From assembly GCA_963710755.1 (NCBI GenBank), contig CAVQBK010000004.1, positions 128,001 through 192,000 of the forward strand: a DNA stretch of 64,000 bases, in the 5' to 3' direction. The translations under genes were made by a program, and so were the position numbers. The stretch's first letter is position 1, and each line of letters starts with the position of its first letter. This document shows positions 28,819-38,500 of this stretch, one piece after another. A model generated the notes under the pieces. The model was not told where the DNA came from, did no database searches, and saw only the letters and a program-made list of their open reading frames with translations. The DNA comes from an uncultured bacterium (lineage in GTDB: Bacteria > Oederibacteriota > JAAXVQ01 > JAUVAV01).

Positions 28819-29307
28819 ATGTTTAATCATTCAGATCCAACCATGTGGGGCCTGTGTTTGCGGGCGGCCACAGGAAAGAAACAGAATCCCGCCAAGCTGA
28901 TCGCCTGCCTCTGGCAAGGTTTTCACAGGCATTGGATCAAAGGGCCGGCTGATTTTTTTCAAAAGGCTGTAGGCCATAAAAATGGGGCGGTTAAAAGCCA
29001 CAGTAGGATTAAAGCGCACCGCTGTGCAGCCTTAGACCGGGTGAATTTTGAGTTGTTGGGCGTCTATGCGGCGACTGACCAGGCGAATTCATCAAGCGCG
29101 AAGACCAAAGCGGCCTATCCGGGATGGCGCCGCCGGCGCTATCCCCTGGGGCTGGCCCATGAAGCTGTGGAGCAAATGATCCTGCCTTTGGCTGTAGTAC
29201 CGGGTAAAAAATCAGCAGCAGCTTTATTTGAAGCAGAGTTAAGATTACGGACCAGCATGCACACCCTGACCGCCGAGCCTGCAGGGTGGTCGCAGGTACG
29301 ACGGTAA
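28819..29307 (+). CDS. Hypothetical basic protein, possibly SOS-regulated
   Basis: AAGGAGG RBS precedes ATG 28819; 162 aa; no recognisable family. Confidence 0.6.
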   Translation: MFNHSDPTMWGLCLRAATGKKQNPAKLIACLWQGFHRHWIKGPADFFQKAVGHKNGAVKSHSRIKAHRCAALDRVNFELLGVYAATDQANSSSAKTKAAYPGWRRRRYPLGLAHEAVEQMILPLAVVPGKKSAAALFEAELRLRTSMHTLTAEPAGWSQVRR

Positions 29308-29505
29308 ACCGAGGGTTGGTCCGGGCTTCCCCGGCCTTAAGCGCAGCCAGCAGAGTCAATGGTCCCCCCTTTGCATGATGGAGCGCTTAAGACGGGGAAC
29401 GCTTAATTCTAAACCGACCGAGTGGAAAATAAATGCCATTTTTCGTGCCAAGGCGCAAAGTTAAAGATAGGAATATGGTTTGTCTTTTTTTGCTATCTTT
29501 TTTAA

Positions 29506-29539
29506 ATTGTAGGGGCACGGCACGCCGTGCCCCTACAAT
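29506..29539. repeat. REP-like GTAG palindrome
   Basis: ATTGTAGGGGCACGG-CACG-CCGTGCCCCTACAAT, perfect 15-bp arms. Confidence 0.75.
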
Positions 29540-29557
29540 GGAAAATACAGCCCTGTA

Positions 29558-29571
29558 CGAACAACAGTTCG
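29558..29571. promoter_or_regulatory. LexA (SOS/Cheo) box
   Basis: Perfect CGAAC-AACA-GTTCG about 115 bp upstream of the lexA start. Confidence 0.8.
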
Positions 29572-29686
29572 GCAAGCGGCTGTCTTGCTGAACCAGAATC
29601 CAAATAAAAGCTTGTCAGCAAGACTGCATCAGCTTAAATTAGACCTGCGGTCCGCCGCCGGCAATGACAAGCAAAGAGGTGACCTT

Positions 29687-30295
29687 GTGGCTCTGACTAA
29701 AAAACAAAAAGCCATACTTGATTATGTGGAAGCCACTATTAACCGTTTGGGGTATGCGCCCACCTTACGTGAGATCGGCGAACATTTCGGCCTGTCCTCG
29801 GTGGCCACGGTGCATAAACATTTAAAGACCCTGGAAGAAAAAGGCATGTTAAGACGGGCTGAAGGACGCGCCCGCTTCGTGGAACTCAGGGAACCGGACG
29901 ATCAGCCGCGGGCCCTGTCCGTACCCATGCTGGGCCTGGTAGCCGCCGGGTCGCCCATTGAAGCCTTGGAGCAACCGGAAAGCATGGCCTTGCCGGAGGA
30001 GTTGCTGGGCAAAGGTGAGACGTTTGTGCTTACGGTCAAAGGCGACTCCATGATTGAAGATCATATCCTTGATGGTGATCTCATTATCGTGGAAAAAAGA
30101 GATCATGCCCAAAACGGTGAGATTGTGGTGGCCCTGATCGGTAATGAAGCCACCGTCAAACGCCTGTACCGGGAAGCTGGACGGGTGCGTCTGCAGCCGG
30201 CTAATGCCAGCATGCAGCCTATCTATGTGGAAGAAGGCGATTTGCGTATACAGGGAATTGTTATCGGCGTGCTGCGCAAAATGCACCGGCGCTGA
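29687..30295 (+). CDS. lexA: SOS repressor LexA
   Basis: LTKKQ..IL, GYAPTLREIG, wHTH, VAAG cleavage site, V.GDSM (Ser), TVKR (Lys). GAGGT RBS precedes GTG 29687. Confidence 0.96.
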   Translation: MALTKKQKAILDYVEATINRLGYAPTLREIGEHFGLSSVATVHKHLKTLEEKGMLRRAEGRARFVELREPDDQPRALSVPMLGLVAAGSPIEALEQPESMALPEELLGKGETFVLTVKGDSMIEDHILDGDLIIVEKRDHAQNGEIVVALIGNEATVKRLYREAGRVRLQPANASMQPIYVEEGDLRIQGIVIGVLRKMHRR

Positions 30296-30382
30296 GGGGA
30301 AGATTTTGTGGCACAAGTTAACAGGTTAAATCCTTGAGGCCATTGTTCTGTAAGTCCAACGGGGATTCAATATGTGGAATCC

Positions 30383-32134
30383 CTACCACCTTATGCCTTT
30401 TTTCTGGCTGTCGATAAAGTTTTTCTTGGTGGCATCCAGGTTCTTCTTGGCGTCGGCATCATCAGGATTTTCTTTGACCAGCTTCTCCCAGGTCTGCATG
30501 GCGTTTTTGAGATCGCCGTGCTTGGCCTGGTTGACCGCTTCCTTGTAAAGGCTGCGTTTTTTATTTTCTTTCTGGTTGACCGTGGCTTGTTTGAGTTTGG
30601 CTTTTTCCGCTTCGGTCAGGCGGTTGCGGGCAAAAGTAAGATAACGGTAAACCTGCTTTTGCAGGGGCGTGTTCTCGATGACCGTTTCCCAATAGTTGAT
30701 AGCCTTGGCCCAATCGCGCTGCGTGTAGGCCTGCAGGCCCTTCTGATAAGCTTCGCGAATATTGCGGATCTGGTTGACATTGGTCATACTGGCATCCTGA
30801 CCCAGGCGCTGAGCTCGTTTTTCCGCCCTGCCATAGAGCTGCTTGGCGAATTGGTTCTCCGGATCACGATCAAGCACTGCCCGGCATTCCACCATCACAT
30901 CAATATAACGTTGATCCTGGTAATAATCATTGGCCAGCTTAAGGGATTCCGAATTTTGTTTGCGCATGACCGCTTGCTTGGCCAGTTCCAGCCGGTGCTG
31001 GACATCTTTATTTTCCGGCTCCCAATCGAGCACCTTTTCCCACAGGGGCACTGCTGCCGCATAGTCACCCTTTTCAGTCAGGGTCATAGCCTGCTGGCGG
31101 TAATCGTCAATCATCTTATTTTTTAAATTGTCAATGATGGCCTGACGTTTTTTAGCTTCATCAGCCGCCCGGTTGGCGCGCAGATCGTCAATGCTGCGGC
31201 CAAGGGAAGCAGTGATGGTTACCAAATGGCGCATGCCGATTTCAGGAAAGCTGACGGCATAATCTAGAGTGACATTTTGATAGCTTACACCCAGGCCTGC
31301 GGATACATACTCCTGATCCCAGCCGCCGCGAATAGCCACCATGTTCCAGAGACGATAATCCAGGCCAACATGCAGCCGCGTTTGCGCGGTTTCCGGTTTT
31401 TCCACATCCACGGCCAATTGAAACTGATCCTGCAGCTGGGGCAGAAAGCTCAAGGTCACCCCGGCACCGGCACGCCAATTGGTGAACAAGCGGTCGTGGT
31501 TTTGCGCAAGCGTCAATATGGGGGTTACCGCGTTGCGGCAGCTGAGGCCTACGCGTACATTGCGAAACACACCTGTGGCCTGTGCGCCCAGTCCATAACC
31601 AGGATAATTAAATAAGAGGCCAAGGTCCATACCGGGAGCCATACTTTCCAATCCGTCCAGGCGCAGATCGTGGATTTTGACAGCCAGCCCTCCGGCTAAA
31701 TAAGGCAGAAAAGGATAAGCATAGCCCAGCGTGGCTTCCTGCTCCATCAGGCCAAAGGTGCCCTTGGGTAAATTAAACTCATCGCGACGCTCCAAGCCGC
31801 CGGTTTCCATACGCCGCAAGGCAATGCCGCCCCCACCGTAATCAAGGGTGGGGTAATTGAAAGCCAACGTATCATGATTGGTATCGCCGAATAATAAGGC
31901 ATGCTGTACGGATACGGTCATGGACGGGGAAAAGGCCAGGTTGGCCGGATTCCAAAGCAGGCTGTTGGCCGTGTCCACCAACACCAGCCCTGCGCCGCCC
32001 ATTGCCACGGCCCGGGCGCCGGCACCGAGATAAAGAGCGGGTTCTGTTCCGGCATCATCTGCTGCCTGGGCGAGGCTTTGACTCAGGGGCATCAGCACTA
32101 TCAGGAGTACAAGTAAACGCAGGCCTGGTTTCAT
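30383..32134 (-). CDS. PorV/FadL-like outer-membrane beta-barrel with C-terminal coiled-coil and TPR region
   Basis: Signal peptide; GAGARAVAMGGA...WNPANL; alternating beta-strands ending DYAV...HLVTITASL; TPR helices after that. Confidence 0.8.
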   Translation of the reverse strand: MKPGLRLLVLLIVLMPLSQSLAQAADDAGTEPALYLGAGARAVAMGGAGLVLVDTANSLLWNPANLAFSPSMTVSVQHALLFGDTNHDTLAFNYPTLDYGGGGIALRRMETGGLERRDEFNLPKGTFGLMEQEATLGYAYPFLPYLAGGLAVKIHDLRLDGLESMAPGMDLGLLFNYPGYGLGAQATGVFRNVRVGLSCRNAVTPILTLAQNHDRLFTNWRAGAGVTLSFLPQLQDQFQLAVDVEKPETAQTRLHVGLDYRLWNMVAIRGGWDQEYVSAGLGVSYQNVTLDYAVSFPEIGMRHLVTITASLGRSIDDLRANRAADEAKKRQAIIDNLKNKMIDDYRQQAMTLTEKGDYAAAVPLWEKVLDWEPENKDVQHRLELAKQAVMRKQNSESLKLANDYYQDQRYIDVMVECRAVLDRDPENQFAKQLYGRAEKRAQRLGQDASMTNVNQIRNIREAYQKGLQAYTQRDWAKAINYWETVIENTPLQKQVYRYLTFARNRLTEAEKAKLKQATVNQKENKKRSLYKEAVNQAKHGDLKNAMQTWEKLVKENPDDADAKKNLDATKKNFIDSQKKGIRW

Positions 32135-34482
32135 TATTTCACCACCGCGATTTTTCTGAGCTGGATGATTTTATCTCCAGCAGCCACCGGCAAGGCTTCC
32201 AGGCGTAAAAGATAAACCCCATTTTTAACCGCTTCTCCTGACCCGGTACGGCCGTCCCAGGTAAGCTGATGCTCACCTGCTGCGCGGTACTCATTATTGA
32301 CCAAGGTGCGCACCCGGTCCCCGGTCAAGGTGAACAAGCTCAGGGAGACGGTACATGATTCTTTCAAATAGTAGGCCATGGTGGTCTGTTGATAGCCCGC
32401 GGCAAAAGGATTGGGGTAGTTGGAAAGAAAAAGAGTACCTTCTCCGCCGCCCAGGCTCATGGCTGTACAAGCCAAGGGCCAGGTGGCGCCAATATAGATA
32501 CTGCGTGTGGGATCCTGGGGCAGACGTACGGCCAGGTCATCGCTTTGCCGTACCAACAACTTTAAACTGGATATGCTGAAGTTGCTGCTACTGAGCACAC
32601 GGACATTAAAGGTGGCACTTGTATTGGGCTGGAGCTGATAAACCGGTAGGGGCACAAAGCAGGTTGGCCCGGATATCGCTACCGGTTGCATGGCCAAAAT
32701 GGTCCCTTGGCCGTTGGTAATCCATATGGTTTGTACCTGGCGGGACAAATCCACCGGCTGGTCTTGACGGTCCGAGGCAGTGATGGTGATACCGGTAATT
32801 TCCAAAGGTCCGGTGGCAGCAGGACCGGGATGGGTAATGGTTAGACTGAGCACATCCTGATGTTGATCCGGATATAAGGTGGGTGGCGCCAGGGATTGGC
32901 TGGTAATGTTAAAGGAACTGGCAATCCGAATGGTATTTGAGAGCATGGGAAACGCATCGGAAGCATAAGCTTGGGTAACGGTTACCGGGGTTTGCCGGTT
33001 GCTGTCCTGCGCTAAAAGGGAAATGGAACTCTGAAGTGAGAGAATAAAGCCCGAGCCTGCGGCTGTGGGCAGAATATCAGCCACCACGGACACGGTCACA
33101 GGATTGTAAACCGACACAGGAATATAACTGATATTCATGGGTATGACCATCACACCATTGCTGTCAGGCAGGGTGGTCAGTTCGCCGTAATTGAAATTAC
33201 CGGCAATGGCCACTCGGGAAAACATGGTGGCCGGGGACAAGGTGTTGCCGCTCTGGTCGGTCAGGGTCAAGGTCAGATGCGTCACATCCACCCGCGAGGT
33301 TTGAGTAGTGCCGGGATTGATAAAGGTGAAGTCAAGGGGGGTGACATTATGCTGGCCTTGTATAACCACTTCGTCCTGAGCCATGACCGGCGTGTGGTAA
33401 ACCTCCAAAGTGGTGGCCGTAAACCCGATTTGGTAAACATTGCTGCGCAAAGGGAAACTCTGAGGAGGAACCACGGACTTGGACACAGGGTTGAGGGTGT
33501 AGAGATAAAGGGCGTTCAGGTCCTGGCCGGAGGCCAGCTCCACCGTAAAGCTGGACACAGCTGTTGCCGTATTGGAGGTGACGGTGCCAAAGATTTTAAT
33601 CTGGCGATCAAAAGACGCCATGATGGTATTGGATTGAGCGAATGGCAAATAGACGCCCACCGGGCTGGAAGGCAGGGAAGTATTAACCGCCATCAGGGTA
33701 TCGGTAACACTGTCACGAATCCCCAAGGACGAGAAGGCGCGGTCCGGTGCAATCACGGTTCCCGAACCATCGCGCACGGTGATGGTGACGCCCTGCAAAT
33801 AAACGGGGCCGGTCAGGCCTGTTTGCACATTGTTCAAATTAAACTCCAGGGCTGAAAAGGTCTGCCCCGTGGACAGCGACGGTTGGCCTAAGGAGGTGCT
33901 ACTGAGTTGTAAGTTGACCGGCGGTGTATAACTGGTCAAATACATCATGGGCGCTGGGTCAGGGGCATCGGCGGTTGGCGCCAAAAAGGAGCCATTGTCA
34001 AATTCCATTTCCAAAGCAGCCATATAGAAGCCACAGCCGGCGCTTTCCGTGGGACTGGAGGTGATGTCCACCGTGACATAGAGGCCGCTGCCATCCTCAA
34101 TGAGCTTATCAGGGAAAAACTCCCAGAATTGGCCGGGATTGGGGTAATAGGTAAAGCTTCCGATCAGCTGGGCCGTACTAGTGCTGAACCCAGTGCTGTC
34201 TGGCGTTACCAGCCAGAGCTTGGTCTGACCTGCAACAAAATCAGGACCTTCCTCAGCCGACCCGTGGTTGTAAAGAAATAAAGCATTTAAAGTGCTGCCG
34301 CTGGCATCAGCAGAAATGGTGATATGGGCCACCACATTATTTTGGGAATTGGCGGTAAGACGCATGCCATCGAACCCAACAGGCAAGGGCGTGGCATTGG
34401 TGGTATTGGCATGGACAGGCAGCTGGCTCAGGGACAAGCCTGTTCCAGCGAGCATCATGACGAGAAGCAATCGTTTTAACAT
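32134..34482 (-). CDS. Secreted Ig-repeat protein with FlgD-Ig/T9SS-type C-terminal sorting domain
   Basis: Signal peptide; repeated beta domains (TITVRDGSG / TLTLTDQSG / TITASDRQD); C-terminal NYPNPF...FTLTG..VRTL...WDG...NGVY...KIAVVK. Confidence 0.8.
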   Translation of the reverse strand: MLKRLLLVMMLAGTGLSLSQLPVHANTTNATPLPVGFDGMRLTANSQNNVVAHITISADASGSTLNALFLYNHGSAEEGPDFVAGQTKLWLVTPDSTGFSTSTAQLIGSFTYYPNPGQFWEFFPDKLIEDGSGLYVTVDITSSPTESAGCGFYMAALEMEFDNGSFLAPTADAPDPAPMMYLTSYTPPVNLQLSSTSLGQPSLSTGQTFSALEFNLNNVQTGLTGPVYLQGVTITVRDGSGTVIAPDRAFSSLGIRDSVTDTLMAVNTSLPSSPVGVYLPFAQSNTIMASFDRQIKIFGTVTSNTATAVSSFTVELASGQDLNALYLYTLNPVSKSVVPPQSFPLRSNVYQIGFTATTLEVYHTPVMAQDEVVIQGQHNVTPLDFTFINPGTTQTSRVDVTHLTLTLTDQSGNTLSPATMFSRVAIAGNFNYGELTTLPDSNGVMVIPMNISYIPVSVYNPVTVSVVADILPTAAGSGFILSLQSSISLLAQDSNRQTPVTVTQAYASDAFPMLSNTIRIASSFNITSQSLAPPTLYPDQHQDVLSLTITHPGPAATGPLEITGITITASDRQDQPVDLSRQVQTIWITNGQGTILAMQPVAISGPTCFVPLPVYQLQPNTSATFNVRVLSSSNFSISSLKLLVRQSDDLAVRLPQDPTRSIYIGATWPLACTAMSLGGGEGTLFLSNYPNPFAAGYQQTTMAYYLKESCTVSLSLFTLTGDRVRTLVNNEYRAAGEHQLTWDGRTGSGEAVKNGVYLLRLEALPVAAGDKIIQLRKIAVVK

Positions 34483-34764
34483 AGTGTCACCGGTTCTGGT
34501 AGTTTTGCACTTAAAAAGATTATCGGAGTGATGGCATAAATCTTTATAGGGGTTCAGCGATTAAGGTCCGCAGCCCGGCATAAGGGGCTAATTGTCCATG
34601 GGTGGCATCCTAGATCTGCAAGGAAACAGGATGGGGTGGAGCTTTTTTTATTCCGACACTGCCAGGCAGGCCATTATCCAGGAAGTTGGCTAAGCTTAAA
34701 AATTTATGTATTTTGTCAAATATTAAATTTATAAAAGTTATCATAAATATTCTCACAAAAACAG

Positions 34765-34826
34765 TGCACAAATCTCTGTGCAAAACTAACAAAATATTTG
34801 ACAATAAAACCCGCTAACTATACAAT
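34765..34826 (+). promoter_or_regulatory. Sigma70 promoter with upstream inverted repeat
   Basis: TTGACA(34798)-17-TACAAT(34821). The palindrome TGCACA-N6-TGTGCA at 34765-34782 lies just upstream. Confidence 0.65.
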
Positions 34827-35005
34827 AAGATTTATCAAGGTATTAATAATTCTCGGGGATAAGTCGATACTTTTCAATAACAAATGAAGCGATTTATGTA
34901 ATTATCCTGCGCCTCCTGGTGGAGCGTAGGCAAGAAGCGCGAAAAATAAAATATAAGACGCTTGTTGTGACTCGCATTTTATTATTATCTTGAGAGGAGT
35001 GTGCA

Positions 35006-35254
35006 ATGTACTCCATCAGTCAAATGGCTCAACTCCTAAACCTCCATTCTCAAACCCTTCGCAACTGGGAAAAGCACGGTCTCATTAAACCGCAGCGTTT
35101 TGGTCAAGTCAGAGTTTACTCCAACGGCAATCTGGAACAATGTCAGCTTATAAAAAAATATGCGGGCAGAGGTATTGCCTTGAAAAATATTAAAGCACTC
35201 TTACAAGAAGAATTAAAAACGGTTTTTAAATCCCAAGGAGGAGAAGCAGCATGA
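35006..35254 (+). CDS. MerR-family HTH regulator (DNA-binding domain only)
   Basis: YSISQMA.LL.LH.QTLRNWE..GLI.P.R...R.YS; GAGGAG RBS. Confidence 0.9.
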   Translation: MYSISQMAQLLNLHSQTLRNWEKHGLIKPQRFGQVRVYSNGNLEQCQLIKKYAGRGIALKNIKALLQEELKTVFKSQGGEAA

Positions 35255-35517
35255 AATTAAAAAATTACATGGAAGATGCAGTGGCAGCGCATTATCAGCG
35301 CTTGTTAGAGAAAGGCGAAATTGAAGGGTGCACTTGTGAACGATGCAAAATGGATGTGATTGCATTTGCTTTAAATCATTTGCCTTCCAAGTATGTGGTG
35401 ACCGATTTGGGTCATACCTACACCCGTGTGGCCGAAGTGGCCCAGCAGTTTGAAGCAGATATGGTGGTGGCCATCTCCAAGGCAGCCAAGCATGTGGCCA
35501 AGAAACCAAGGCATTAA
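35251..35517 (+). CDS. ComFB-domain protein
   Basis: KNYMED.V, C-x-C-x-x-C..D..A.ALN.LP..Y, terminal V...PRH. ATGA overlap with the MerR gene. Confidence 0.9.
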   Translation: MKLKNYMEDAVAAHYQRLLEKGEIEGCTCERCKMDVIAFALNHLPSKYVVTDLGHTYTRVAEVAQQFEADMVVAISKAAKHVAKKPRH

Positions 35518-35519
35518 AA

Positions 35520-35551
35520 TTGCAGGGGACGGTCGCGACCGTTCCCTGCAA
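35520..35551. repeat. REP-like palindrome
   Basis: TTGCAGGGGACGGT-CGCG-ACCGTTCCCTGCAA. Confidence 0.65.
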
Positions 35552-35580
35552 CATTGAAATTGGATATTATTTTATACCTG

Positions 35581-38500
35581 ATGGGAGCGGCTGTGCAGGG
35601 ATCCGCATTACCACAACTGAATAGGGGACATGGGGGAAAGCTGGCTTGGGTTCTGCTGCCTTTGGCCATGCTGTTGGCCGTAGGCAGCTATGCAGCTACC
35701 GCCATGTCTGCGCCTGATGAGTTTGTGGCCTGGGATCCGGTCAACAAGCACTATGTGGCCAGGGTGACCGTCTCCAATCAAGATGATGCGATCAATCAGC
35801 AAGGCGTGAAAGCCAGCGGTGCCGGGTCCAAGCACTTTGGCCAGCTTTCCGTTTGGGCTAAGCAAAAGCCGGAACAAGTACGGGCTATCATTAACCAGCA
35901 GGTGGAGGTGGCGGCGTATCGCAGTGGTTTGACTTTTGGCCAAGGCCGCCATTTGAAAAAGAATCAGCGTCTCTTTTTGGAATATGTTTATTCGCACGCA
36001 CCACCTTCCAAATTACCGGTCCCGGTGGCCGCGGGGGTGGAACAAGCGGGGCTGAGCCAGAGCAATCGTCTTAAAAACAACAAAATCGATCTTAACCTGA
36101 CGAACAAAATAGATGGCCAATGGTACCGGCTTTCGGCCAAGATTCCTGCTGGGTACCGGGTCAAAAAAATCGTACGTGCCGACGGTGTGGAAATCGTCAA
36201 TCAAAGGCCGCAGGGGCGCAATCCCAACCAGACAATCCCAGAACAACTGCTGTGGTATATGCAAGGCCAGACATTGGTCTTTTACGATGATCCCATCAAT
36301 GGTTATACGGTGTTTCTCGATCCGCCCACGGCTATGAATTCACTCTTGGTGGATATTGCCGGCACAAGCAGTAATGACTATGGCGGGCAAATCTCCACAA
36401 TTGTTTGGCCCTATGATGGCGGCACGCCGCTTTGGACCAATGATCATGCCGGGCGTAATGGCGACAATGGTTTGGCCCAGGATTTTGATTCCATGGCCGG
36501 TGGCAAGGTTGCCCTGCGCTACAGCTATGGCAGCACGGTGCAATACGGCAACCCCGGAGGTATTGGCACGGGTGCGGATGGTAATTTCGTGGAACTGTCC
36601 AGAAACTACACCCTGATGCATCAAACCCCGAGCGGCCAATTGGAGGCAGTGATCACCACGCAATTAGGCATGCCCACCGGTGCGCCTTTGCCCATGGGCA
36701 TTACCCAAAAAATTATTATTCGCGGCAACATGAAATGGTTTGCCTCCATCTATTACATCAAGAATCTTCATGCCAGCCATGTGGCCACCAACTTGCGATT
36801 TTTCCAGGGGTTTGACTGGAATTTCAACGGCGACAATACCAATGACAGCTGTTCCTATAATGGCACCTATGACACCATCTATGGTTATAAACCTTCCGGT
36901 GACCCCATCTCTTATGGAGGGTTTTCCGGCTTTGAGGCATCAGCGGAACATGACACGACGACCTACAATACTATCTGGCAGTACATCCGTGATGACAACT
37001 TGCACGGCAACAATAATTTCTCCGGTGATGCCGGCACCGCCATGGATTGGGATCATGCCAGCTTGGCGGCTGGGAAGACCTGGGTAGTACCCATTATATG
37101 GGCTTACGGCAATACCCTGAGCGCTTCCGCCTTCAGCGACATGCAGGACGGCATCGATTATGGCAAAAGCAAGCTGCAGGATACGGGCGTGACGGCCATC
37201 ACCGCGCCTGAAAACAATCACATGTACAACCCGGCCACCACGGCTACAGTTAATATCAATGCTCAAGTGACGCTTTATGGCCTACAGGATTTCGCCAATC
37301 TGCCGGTTCATGTCAGGGTGACCTCTACGGCGCCGGGCTTTACCACCATTGATACGGCCTTTACCACCGTTGATTTGGAAGTGCCTGATAAGGAAACCAC
37401 AGAGGTCACCTATCCCTTGGATATCAGCAGTCTGCCCGCGGGAACGTATACTGTCAAAATTTACACGGACTTGGGTAGCGATACCCCTTATACGGACAGT
37501 CAGCCTGGCAATGATTATAAAACCATTCAGTTGGTGGTCAGCGATTTTGCCATGGCCCCTGATGATTCGGCCATGGTCGCACCGGGCGGGAGTCATTACT
37601 ACGGTGTTTCTTTAACCAGCAGCACCGTGACCGGCCGTTTTGATTTGGCGGCGTCCGCGTCCAGTGCCTCATGGGGCACCCGGCTTTATACCAGCGGCGG
37701 CACGCTTGTGGCCACGGACGCCGACGGCAATGGTGTCTGGGACAGCATTACCCCTGGTTATGACAGTAACAGCAATGGCCTGCCCGATGTCAATGTGACC
37801 GCCGGGGTGACTACCTTTGTCCTGGTGGAAAAAATCCTGCCTTTTAACGCCCTGGGCGGGGTGACAGACGTAACCACTCTGACCGGTACCCAGCAAGGCG
37901 GGTCCTTGAGCGACCATGTGACCGTCACCACGCTAAGCAGCGCACCAGGCACCAAGATCAAAACCCTCTATCTTCATCCTGCCGACGGCAACTTTAGCCT
38001 CAATACGAACCAGGATACGCATAGCACAGGCACCTATTCTCAGGTGGATATCTTTTCCCAGCAGACCTGGACCATGCAACCTGTCATGGCTGATAATTTT
38101 ACACTTGTTTCTGATGTTTCCATTCCGTTGGTGCTGAGCACCAATAATCGCACCATTGATGCCACGGTGACACTCTTTTATACCAATGGCTTTAACACTT
38201 ATGTCATCGGAGAGGATAGGGTTAACAATATCCGCAACCGGAATACCTCTCCGGGCAGCGAAGTGTTCACCATCCCCGTATCCTCTCCTGTGACCATTCC
38301 AGCCGGGTATAAATTGTGCCTTCGTTTCAATCATTTAGGTTATAACAGCACCACCGGGTATTTTAGGATCTATCAATCCAGCACCCAACGTTCTAGAATT
38401 ATTCTCTCTACCAGCACTTACATCCGTGTGGATAAGATTCAAACCTTTGACAGTTTGGGCAACACCCGGCAGGCTTTGGCGCCTGGGGCGGCCATGTCCG

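Noticed and set aside
34500-34610. c-di-AMP (ydaO) riboswitch in the leader of the 782-aa gene
   Set aside because: Only AATCGCTGAACC on the minus strand resembles the motif; the remaining conserved elements were not found.
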